From assembly GCF_006345805.1 (NCBI RefSeq), contig NC_043020.1, positions 31,062,001 to 31,126,000 on the forward strand: DNA of 64,000 bases, in the 5' to 3' direction. Positions 53,737-64,000 of the stretch are shown here, piece after piece; positions within the stretch are counted from its first letter, which is position 1, and every line of letters starts with the position of its first letter. The notes under the pieces are model-generated. The model did no database searches and was not told the origin of the DNA. It saw only the letters and a list, made by a program, of their open reading frames with translations. The DNA is from Octopus sinensis. Taxonomy: Eukaryota. The position numbers and the translations under genes are program-made.

Positions 53737-54786
53737 GCTAGAAATAGCAATCAAATCTTCCTCAGATCACACTTTCTATACTAATGGACTAATGTCAGAT
53801 CTTCTAGATAATTACTTGACTTGCAAGATATAGCAGTCAAATCTTCCTCATATTGCGCTTTTCTATTCTAATGGAACAATTTTAGACCCTCTAAATAGTA
53901 GCTTCACTTGCTAGAAATAGTCAAATCTCCGTATTATCACACATTTCTATTCTAATGGACCAATGTCACATCCTCTAAATAGTTTGTTGACTTGCTAGAA
54001 ATAACTGTAAAATCTTCTCAGACACACTTTTCTATTCTAATGGACCAATGTCACATCCTCTAAATAGTTGCTTAACTTGGTAGAATAATAACAGTCAAAT
54101 CTCCCTCAGATCACACTTTTCTATTCTAATGGACAATGTCAGATGCTCTTAATAGTGCTTGACTTGCTCGAAAGAGCAGACAAATCTTCTCAGATCACAT
54201 TTTTCTTTCTAATTGACCAATGTCAGATTGTCTAAATAGAAGCTTGACTTGCTAGAATAAACAGTTAAATCTTCCTCAGATCACACTTCTATTCAAATGG
54301 AACAATGTGAAATCCTCTAAATAGTTGCTTGACTTGCTAGAAATAGCAGTCATATCTTATTAGATCACACTTTTCTATTCTTATGGACCAATGCCAGAGC
54401 CACTAAATAGTTTCTTAACTTACAAGAAATAGCAGTCAAGTCTTCCTTAGATCACACTTTCTACTCTAATGGAACAATGTCAGATCTGCAAAATAATTGC
54501 TTCACTTGCTAGAAATAGCAGTCAATTCTCCCTCAGATCAGACTTTCTGTTCTAATCGACCAATGTCACGAACTCTTAATAGTTGCTTGACTTGCTAGAG
54601 AGAGGAAACAAATCTTTTTCAGATCACTCTTTTCTATTCCAATAGACCAATGTCAGACCCACTAAATAGTTGCTTGACTTGCTAGAAATAGCAGTCAAAA
54701 CATCCTGAGATCACAGTTTTCTATTCTAATGGAAGAATGTTAGATCATCTAAATAAAAGCTTGACTTGCTAGAAATAGCTATCAAA

Positions 54787-55202
54787 GCAGGAGTGGCTGT
54801 GTGGTAAGTAGCTTGCTAACCAACTACATGGTTCTGGGTTCAGTCCCACTGCGTGGCATCTTGGGCAAGTGTCTTCTGCTATAGCCCCGGGCTGACCAAT
54901 GCCTTGTGAGTGGATTTGGTAGACAGAAACTGAAAGAAGCCTGTCGTATATATGTGTATATATATATATGTATGTATGTGTGTGTGTTTGTGTGTCTGTG
55001 TTTGTACCCCTAGCATTGCTTGACAACCGATGCTGGTGTGCTTACGTCCCCGTCACTTAGCGGTTCGGCAAAAAGAGACCGATAGAATAAGTACTGGGCT
55101 ACAAAGAATAAGTCCGGGGTCGATTTCCTCGACTAAAGGCGGGCTCCAGCATGGCCGCAGTCAAATGACTGAAACAAGTAAACGAGTAAAAGAGTAAAGA
55201 GT
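54787..55202 (+). mobile_element. Full-length CORE-type (OR2-like) SINE inserted in the satellite
   Basis: Same structure as the 41219 copy; splits a monomer at TCAAA|...|AAATG. Confidence 0.92.
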
Positions 55203-56612
55203 AAATGTCCTCTGATCACACTTTTCTACTCTAATGGAACATGTCAAATCCTCTAAATAGTTGCTGACTTGCTAGAAATAGCAGTCAAATCTTAATCAGA
55301 GCACACTTTTCGATCTCTCATTGGACTGATGTCAGAACCTCTAAATAGTTTCTTGACTCCTAAAAATAACAGTCAAATCTTCCCAGCTCATGCTTTTCTA
55401 TTCTAATGGACCAATGTCAGCTCCTCTAAATAGATCCTTGACTTACTAGTAATAGTAGTCAAATCTCAGTATTATCACACTTTTTTATTCTAATAGAACA
55501 ATATCAGATCCTCAAATAGTTGCTTGACTGGCTAGAAATAGAAATCACATCCTCCTCAGATACATTCTTCGATTCTAATGGAACATGTCAGAACCTCTAA
55601 ATAGTTTCTTGACTTGCAAAAAATAACAGACAAAATCGCCATCAGATCAAACGTTTCTACTAATGGACCAATGTCAGATCCTCAAAATAAGTGCTTCACT
55701 TGCTAGAAAATAGCAATCAAACCTTCCTCAGATCACTTACTATCTAATGGAACAATGTCAGATCCTCTAAATAGCTGCTTGACTTTCTAAAAATAGCAGA
55801 CAAATCTCCTTCAGATCACACTTTTCTATTCTAATGGACCAATATCAGATCATCTAAACAGTTGCTAGACTTGCTAGAAATAGCAGTCAAATCTCCCTCA
55901 GATCACAATTTTCTATACTAGTCGCCCAATGTCAGATCCTCTAAATAGTTGGTTGTCTGGCAAGAAATAGCAGTCAAATATCTCTCAGATCACACATTTC
56001 TATTCAAATAGACCAATGTCAGATCCTCTAAATTAAAGCTGCAATTGCGAGAAATAGCAATCAAATGTTCCTCACATCACTCGCTTCTATTCTAATGGAA
56101 CAATGTCAGACATTCTAAATAGTTGCTAGAGTTGCTAGAATAGCAATCAAATCTTCCTCAGATCAGACTTTTCTATTCTAATGCACCAATATAAGATCTT
56201 CTAAATAGTTGCTTGACTTGCTATAATTGACAGGAAAATCTTCTTATATCACACTTTTCTATTCTAATGGACCAATGTCAGATGCTCTTAATTGCTTGAC
56301 TTGCTAGAAAGAGGAGACAAATCTTCCTCAGATCACACTTTTCTATTCTAATAGACCAATGTCAGATCCTCTAAATAGTTGCTTGCTTTGCTAGAAATAG
56401 CAGTCAAAACTTCCTTTAGATGACATTTTTCTATTCTAATAGACCAATGTGAGATCCTCTAAATAGTTCCTTTGACTTGCTAGAATAGCAGTCAAATCTC
56501 CCTCAGATCACACTTTCTATTCTAATGACCAATGTCACATGCTCTTAATAGTTGTTTGAATTTCTAGAAAGAGGAGACAAATCTTCCTCAGATCACACTT
56601 TTTTATTCTAAA

Positions 56613-57009
56613 GGCTGAAGACGCTCGACCTTTATTCTCTAGAAAAATGACAACGCCGTGGAGATCTCATTCTTGCTCACAAACATCATAAGCGGAAAGT
56701 GTAACCTCTCGAAAGAGCTGTTCTTCTCTCCTGCTCCAGAGCATCGGCCGTGGGGTCATTCCGAAAAGCTCTATCTGCGACGATTTCATCTCAATTGAAG
56801 GAGAGGGGCTTTCTCCGTCCGGTTGCGGATCAGTGGAATAAGCTGCCAGACGAGATGGTGAAGATGCCGATGACTGCTCGGTTCAAAGTCTCCCTTGACC
56901 TCAAGTGGCCTGAACTCTTTACATGAACACCACCCTGTACATAACTCCTTGTCCCCTACATGGCCTTGCTTTTTGCTATTTGAGCCAAAAAATTAAACTA
57001 ACTAACTAA
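56613..57009 (+). mobile_element. CR1-like LINE 3' end (~400 bp) inserted in the satellite
   Basis: LKTLDLYSLEK.QRRGDLI, GHSEKL, WNKLP and FK.SLD; (AACT)n tail; CTAAA on both flanks. Confidence 0.9.
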
Positions 57010-59821
57010 CTAAAAGACCAATGACAGATTCTCTAAATAGTTCCATCACTTGCTAGAAAGAGCAGTCAAAATTTTTTCGATCAAACTTTTCTATTCTTAT
57101 GGACCATTGTCATGACCTCTAAATAGTTGCTTGATTTGCAAGAAATAGCAGTCAACCTTTATAAGATCACACTTTCTATTCTAATGGACCAATATCAGAT
57201 CCTCTAAATAGTTGCTTCACTTGCAAATGGCGATCAAATCTTCATCAGATTACACTTTTTTATTCTAATGGAACATGTCAGATCGTCTAAATAAAAGCTT
57301 GACTTGCCTAGAAATAACAGTCAAGTCTTCCTTAGATCACACTTTTCTATTTTAATAGAACAATGTCAGATCCTAATAATAGATGCTTGACTTGCTAGAA
57401 ATAGCAATCAAATCTTACTCAGATTACACTTTTCTATTCTAATGGAACAATGTCAAGATATCTAAATAGTTGCTAAGACTTGATAGAATAGCAGTCAAAT
57501 CTCCTTCAGATCACAATTTTCTATTCTAATCGACAAATGTCAGATCCTCTAAATATTTGCTTTCCTTGCAAGATGTAGCAGTCAAATCTTCCTCAGACCA
57601 CACTTTTCTATTCTAATGAGAGAATGTCAGATCGTCTAAATAAAAGCTTGACTTGCTAGAAATAGCTGTCAAATCTTCATCATATCACTCTTTTCTACTC
57701 TAATGGACCAATGTCAGATCCTCTAAATAGTTACTAGACTTGCTAGAAATAGTAGTCAAATCTTCATCAGATCACACTTTTCTATTCTAATTGAACAATG
57801 TCAGATCCTCTAAATAGTTGCTAGACTTGACAGAAATAGGAGTCAAACCTTCCTTATATCAGACTTTTCTATTTTAATGGAACAATATCAAATCCTCTAA
57901 ATATTAGCTTCACTTGCTAGAAATAACAGTCAAATCTCCCTTAGATCACACTTTTCTGTATTAATGGATCAATGCCAGTTACTCTAAATAGTTGCTTGAC
58001 TTGCTAAAAATAGCAGTGAAACCTTCCTCAGATCACACACTTTTCTACTCTAATGGAAATTTGTCAGATCGTCTAAATAAAAGCTTGACTTGCTAGAAAT
58101 AGCCATCAAATGTTCCTCAGATCACGCGTTTCTTTTTTTCTAATGGAACAATGTCAGATCCTCTAAATAGTTCCTTGACTTGCTAGATATATCTATAAAA
58201 TCTTCCTCAGATCAAACTTTTCCATTCTAATGGACAAATGTCAGATGATCTTAAAAGTTGCTTGAGTTGCTAGAAAGAGGAGACAAATCTTCCTCAGATC
58301 ACACTTTTCTATTCCAATGGAACAGTGTCAAATCCTCTAAATAGTTGCTTGACTTGCTAGAAATAGTAGTCAAATCATAATCAGATCACACTTTCTATTC
58401 TCATGGACCAATATCAGAGCCTCTAAATAGTTCCTTAACTTGCTAAAATAACAGTCAAATCTTCCTCAGCTCACGCTTTTCTATTCTAATGGACCAATGT
58501 CAGATCCTCTAAATAGTTCTTTGACTTGATAGAAATAGTAGTCAAATCTCCGTATTATCACAATTTTCTATTCTAATGGAACAACATCAGATCCTCTAAA
58601 TCCTTGCTTCACTTGCTAGAAATAGAAATCAAATCTTCCTCAGATTACACTCTTCTATTCTAATGGAACAATGTCAAGATCTCTAACTAGTTGCTTGACA
58701 TGCTAGAATTAGCAGTCGAATCTCCCTCAGATCACAATTTTCTATACTAATGACCAATGTCAGATCATCTAAATAGTTGCCTTCCTTGGTAGATATAGCT
58801 GTCAAATCTTCCTGAGATCACACTTTCTATTCTAATGGAACAATGTCAGATCATCTAAATAAAAGCTTGACTTGCTAGAAATAGCAGTCAAATCTCCCTC
58901 AGATCACACATTTCTATTCTAATGACCAATGTCACATGCTCTTAATAGTTGCTTGACTTTCTAGAAAGAGGAGACAAATCTTCCTCAGATCACACTTTTC
59001 TATTCTAAAAGACCAATGACAGATTCTCTAAATAGTTCCTTCACTTGCTAGAAAGAGCAGTCAAAACTTCCTTTGGATCAAACTTTTCTATTCTTATGGG
59101 CCATTGTCACAACCTCTAAATAGTTGCTTGATTTGCAAAAATAGAAGTCAACCTTCTTAAGATCACATTTTTCTATTCTAATGAACCAATATCAGATCCT
59201 CTAAATACTTGCTTGATTGCTAGAAATAACAGTCAAATCTTTCTCAGATCACACTTTTCTATTCAATGGAACAATGTCAAATCCTCTAAATAGTTGCTTG
59301 ACTTGCTAGAAATAGCAGTCAAATCTTAATCAGATCACACTTTTCTATTCTCGGACCAATATCAGAGCCTCTAAATAGTTTCTTAACTTGCTAAAAATAA
59401 CAGTCATCTTCCTCAGCTCACGCTTTTCTATTCTAATGACTAATGTCAGATCCTCTAAATAGTTCCTTGACTTGCTAGAAATATTAGTCAAATCCCGTAT
59501 TATCACACTTTTCTATTCTTATAGAACATATCAGATCCTCTAAATAGTTGCTTTCCCTGTCACTTGCTAGAAATAGCAGTCAAGTCTTCCCTAGATTCAT
59601 ACTTTTTCTATTCTAATGGAACAATGTCCTCAGATCCGTCTAAATAAAAGCTTGAGCTTGCTAAACTGCAATCAAATCTTACTCCAGATTACACTTTCTA
59701 TTCTAATGGAACAATGTCAAGACCTCTAAAATAATTGCTAGATCTTGATAGAAATAGCTGTCAACTCTCCCTCAGTCCTCAAGTTTCTATTCTAATCGAC
59801 AAATGTGGCAGATCTCTAATA

Positions 59822-59921
59822 NNNNNNNNNNNNNNNNNNNNNNNNNNNNNNNNNNNNNNNNNNNNNNNNNNNNNNNNNNNNNNNNNNNNNNNNNNNNNNN
59901 NNNNNNNNNNNNNNNNNNNNN
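59822..59921. other. Assembly gap (100 N)
   Basis: Run of exactly 100 N, typical of a scaffold join of unknown size. Confidence 0.99.
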
Positions 59922-60230
59922 AATTAAATTAATATTTTCATTGTAGTATTTTCTTTTTCTTTTTAGTGCCATTCTTCCTCTAGAACTTTTATTTATCATT
60001 TTTGATATTTGAATAAGTTTTACCTTATTGCAAAAATATAATGATAGGGTGTAAAAAGAAAACTATTTTCTGTACAGTATAGTACAAATTATTGATCAAA
60101 TAAATTCAGAGGAATACTCCCTACTACCAACATACACAATCCCACACCATTAAGAAAAGCAATAACCCTGAAACAAATCTCAGTTGAACAATCAATCATT
60201 CATTTAATTTTTAAAATGTTTATAACTCAC

Positions 60231-60368
60231 CCATAACCAGTGCCTTTTTTTGGTGGATTCGTGAAAATATTTCTTAAAGATGGTTTGAAGGGTGGTGCAG
60301 GCTTTGGTGTTGGACTCAGAGCAGGAACTGGACCACCAATTGTTCCATAGTAAGAACCAACTCCACAA
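60231..60368 (-). CDS. CFAP96: CFAP96/C4orf47 homologue, third coding exon (CGVGSYYGTIGGPVPALSPTPKPAPPFKPSLRNIFTNPPKKGTGY), belonging to the second copy of the locus
   Basis: Matches human CGLGSYYGTIGGPVP...NLYTNPGKKGTGYG. Acceptor TTGCTTCAG|, donor TGG|GTGAGT, 138 nt. Phase-2 start completes TC+T=Ser from the 3816 exon. Confidence 0.92.
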
Positions 60369-60625
60369 CTGAAGCAAATAATATATGATAATAATAAACA
60401 TCTGATAAATTACAAAAACTGATCTAAGGGAAATTACTCTAGACAGCCACTATCGATTTCGAAAATTCACGTTTGTAGTAATAGAATTATTTCCCTTGGT
60501 TCTGGGTTCAGTACTACGATGTGACACCTTCCGCAAGCGTCTTCTACCATAACCTCGGCCTGACCACAACTTTATGAGAGGATCTGATAAATAGATACTG
60601 AAAGAAGCCTGTCACTCACTCACTC

Positions 60626-60786
60626 ACATACATACATACATACATACATACATACATACTACATACATACATACATACATACATACATACATTCATACAT
60701 ACATACATACATACATACATACATACATACATACATACATACAACATACATACATACATACATACATACATACATACATACATACA

Positions 60787-60818
<32 letters not shown>

Positions 60819-60860
60819 CATACATACATACATATACATACATACATACATACATACATG
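60626..60860. repeat. (ACAT)n microsatellite
   Basis: Direct reading. Confidence 0.95.
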
Positions 60861-60871
60861 TGTGTGTGTGT

Positions 60872-61060
60872 ATAAAGAAGCAGTTGTGATCGATAAGAAA
60901 GGTGGTAGTAGTACCAATAATTGTCGGCGCCCTGGGAACAGTGAGTAAAAATCTTGAGATATACATGGAACAAATAGGGGTTGTAATAAGGGTGGAGCAC
61001 TTGCAGAAAACAGCTCTGCTTGGAACCACTCAAATACTCTGGAAGGTCCTCGAAAAATAA
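60872..61060 (+). mobile_element. R4/Dong-like retrotransposon extreme C-terminus
   Basis: VVVVPIIVGALGTVSKNL...LQKTALLGTTQILWKVLE. Confidence 0.8.
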
Positions 61061-61102
61061 GAGGTGTAGTACATCTCCAGCGTTAGAAGCTGTGCAAAGG
61101 CA

Positions 61103-61134
<32 letters not shown>

Positions 61135-61142
61135 ATCAAAAA

Positions 61143-61310
61143 AATTCCTCAGGAATAAGAACCCATGATTGGGTTCAAAATTCTGCCAGGATACCTGATG
61201 AAGGCTGAAGAGTAAATCAGCTGAAACATTGTGGTAACAACGAAGAAGATGAGGACACATATCCGTCCAATGTAAATAATGTAAATAATGTACAGAATTC
61301 CTCATCTCAA
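61143..61310 (+). mobile_element. Penelope-like terminal-repeat remnant with hammerhead-like core
   Basis: CTGATGAAGGCTG...CAGCTGAAAC; AATTCCTCA repeated at both ends. Confidence 0.5.
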
Positions 61311-61334
61311 AAATAAAAAAACAGTATTCTATAA

Positions 61335-62130
61335 CCGTGTATGGTCAAAGGATGGAAGTTGTAACTAAATTTATTTATTGAAGAAGTACTTTGAGCACTG
61401 CTGGTTTTGATGAAATTTTATGTAGTATCAGCAAAGCTAGTAGTGCTTTTGGTAGGCTTGACAAGTGTCTCTGGTCATACCATAGAATATCTTTCCAAAG
61501 TTAGGATTTATAGCACATGTGTCCTGCCATCATTGTGTTATCTGGAAGGGAGAAATGGGTTGTTTATCATAGGTATTTAAGGCATTTGGAACAATATTAT
61601 CAATATTGTCTTAAGAAAATTTTTGGGATTAATTGGAAAATGGCCATCAGTGATGTGGAGGTATTTTAGAGAAGTGGTTGTTGGAGTGTAGAATCAATGA
61701 TTCTACAAAGTCGTTTGAGGTGGGGTGGACATCTGGTAAGAATGAATGGTGAAAGACTTCCCAGGAACTTTTGTATGGTTAGCTGGAAGATGGTAGAAGA
61801 CCAGCATGTAAACCCAAAATGAAGTTCAAGGACTGCCTCAGAATTATTCTGACACAGACAGGTGTTTCAGTTGTTGATTGGGAAAGCGAAGGACAAGACT
61901 AAAATGGACAGTGGAAAAGAATGCACAATGGTTGTTTGAATATTGAAAGAGGGAGAATGAAGCACAAGAAGATTAAGAGAAGTCTTAGAAAGAATGAACC
62001 TGTGGAAAATGAGGGAGTGTTGCTTTTTATGTGTTTAATTTGTGGGAGGAAATGCTTGAGTTGTGCAGACCTGATCAGCCATCAGAGAACTCACAGGAGT
62101 CAACCCATTGTAAATTGTGATATGGCTATA
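61335..62130 (+). mobile_element. Decayed RTE-clade LINE 3' fragment ending in a C2H2-like knuckle (its end also appears at 1-180)
   Basis: Broken RTE-like motifs (VTKFIY..STLS, SKASSAFGRLDK) and C-terminal CLICGRKCLSCADLISHQRTH. Confidence 0.7.
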
Positions 62131-64000
62131 GTACACAACAGAGCATGTGCAACCCTGTGGAAAGGTGTGCCTTTCAGATATGTGTGTTTAACTCTGAAAG
62201 GCTCTGAAATGATGCATCCTCAAGAAAAACAAATTTGAATTTCAAAATCTGCATCCCAAAGAGAATGTTGTCTGTAAATAATAATATAAAAATATAAATT
62301 TCAATGAGAAATAATTTGACTTTTAGATCTGCAAATCTCACACTATCTATCTATCACCATCAATCCATATCTCTTTATATATTCATCACACACTTTGTCA
62401 CTCTCTCTCTCTCCCCATATATGTGCATTATCCTTCACACATTGCTTTCAATTTGTTTAAAACTTCATCTACTAATGTTTACTTTTATTCTATGACAGCT
62501 ATCATGTACAAATCCTGTTTTCTGATTGGGTAAAAATGATCAAACGTTAAACCTTTGTAATATTTTTCTAAAATTTTTCTGCAGTAAATAAATCACATAC
62601 TTGGATTCAGTATGAAAATGTACATCAATATACGAAAATTTGAGAATTTCCAATTAATTTTAAAATTTCTAAATCTGCAGCAGCAACAGAAAAGATCTCT
62701 CTCTTTCCATTTTTCCGTCTCTTTCATTTTCTCATGATATATTTTCTCATTCTCTATAACGCATATCATTCATGCTTAGTGCATGTGTTTGTTAGTGTGT
62801 GTGTGTGTAAGGAATTTCATTAGAGTGACACTGATTTTAAAAAGGTATGTAAAAGATAATTTATTTTAATAGCATATAGTATATGTTTTTCTTACACACA
62901 CGCACACACACACACTCACCTGGTGCAGTTTGTGGGGAGGTTTAAAAATTTAATTACAAATTTTGTTTTGTTGTTGATTATATCCCAGTAATGGACCATT
63001 GCATCATCATTCCATAAAATGTGTTTATGTGGAGAAAAATATTGAAAAACATCAGCATATGTCAGGGTGACAAAAAAAAAATTAGGAAGATATCAAGTGG
63101 TCATGAGATCTGCTAGAAACAGCTACATCTCCCTTAAACCTCTCAACTTTACATCTGAAAATTATTTTGATATTGTATGGTTATCTGGTGGGTGATGTGG
63201 AAACTGGGGATTGATGAGTGCTTAACAAGAACTGAACAGGCCTTGTAAAGGGATGTTGTCAGTAAAGTAAGGGCTGGCAATGAGTATAGCGAAGAAATCC
63301 GGGTAGATGTAGGGGTTCACCAAGGATCAGCCCCCAGCCCCCTCCTATTCATCATAGTCCTCCAGACAATAACAGAGGAATTCAAGACAGGCTGCTCCTA
63401 GGATCTCCTCTCTGCTGATGACCTTGCTCTCATAGCAGAACCACTACCAGAACTAGAGAAGAAATTTCAGGTGTGGAAGTAAGGTTTAGAATTGAAGAGC
63501 CTTAGAGTCAATGTTGCAAAAAACAAAGTCCTAGTAAGGCAAACACATCACAAACCCCTTCAGGTAGACAGCCCTGCTCGATCTGTAGAAAAGGTGTAGG
63601 TAGAAACTCCTAAGATGTACCCAGTATAAGCTATGGACACATAAGAAGTGCAACAACATCAAAGGAAGGTTAACTGGGAAGATAGCTTTTGTGTGTGGCA
63701 GATGCACAGGGGCAATAAACACCACAGATGCTCAGAAAACTGGCTGCATCACATGCCAGTGAGAGAAACTAGTAGTAGTTGATAGCTTCCACTACCTAGG
63801 TGACCAAGTCTGTAGTGGGTGGGGGGATGCTCAGAGAGCATTGCCACTAGAATAAGAATAGCCTGGACAAAGTTCAGAGAGCCCTTACCTCTACTGGTGA
63901 CAAAGGGCCCCTTGCTCAGAGTGAAAGGTAGACTGTACAATGCATGTGTGCAAACTGCCATGCTACATAGCAGTGAAACATGGGCTGTGACTGTTGAAGA
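61935..64000 (+). repeat. Segment duplicated from 1-2066 (copy 2; probably continues past the window)
   Basis: TTTGAATATTGAAAGAGG at 61935 equals position 1, and the last bases of the window equal 2027-2066. Confidence 0.95.

Larger units (their letters stand above)
53737..59821. repeat. Satellite array, ~86-88-bp monomer, running into the gap
   Basis: Consensus approx. CTATTCTAATGGACCAATGTCAGATCCTCTAAATAGTTGCTTGACTTGCTAGAAATAGCAGTCAAATCTTCCTCAGATCACACTTTT; dozens of diverged monomers. Confidence 0.97.

Noticed and set aside
60090-60167. Short hydrophobic ORF after a 63-nt intron as CFAP96 exon 4 (VIAFLNGVGLCMLVVG...)
   Set aside because: No resemblance to the expected YANITIGK continuation, and it stops early.

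Overview
AT-rich, repeat-saturated animal genomic DNA. The SINE families and microsatellite load resemble an octopus (coleoid cephalopod); this is pattern recognition, not a database result. The only host gene I recognise is a CFAP96/C4orf47 homologue on the minus strand, with three phase-compatible coding exons at 15043-15121, 3816-4023 and 60231-60368. The third exon is out of order. This is explained by bases 1-2066 recurring at 61935-64000 (offset 61,934) on the far side of a 100-N gap, so the window holds either an uncollapsed assembly duplication or a very recent ~62-kb tandem duplication. The rest is mostly decayed mobile DNA: RTE, CR1/L2-like and R4/Dong-like LINE fragments, at least four tRNA-derived SINE families, mariner, Tc1 and Merlin transposase remnants, a pogo-type MITE, Helitron-like ends, an internally deleted Gypsy element with both LTRs, and Penelope-like termini. 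There is also a ~6-kb satellite of ~87-bp hairpin-containing monomers with higher-order structure. Most ORFs in the supplied track are microsatellite or transposon artefacts. I found no clearly novel multi-gene system; the best leads are structural (duplication and exon order, a shared SINE/LINE tail stem-loop, satellite origin, an RTE with three zinc fingers).
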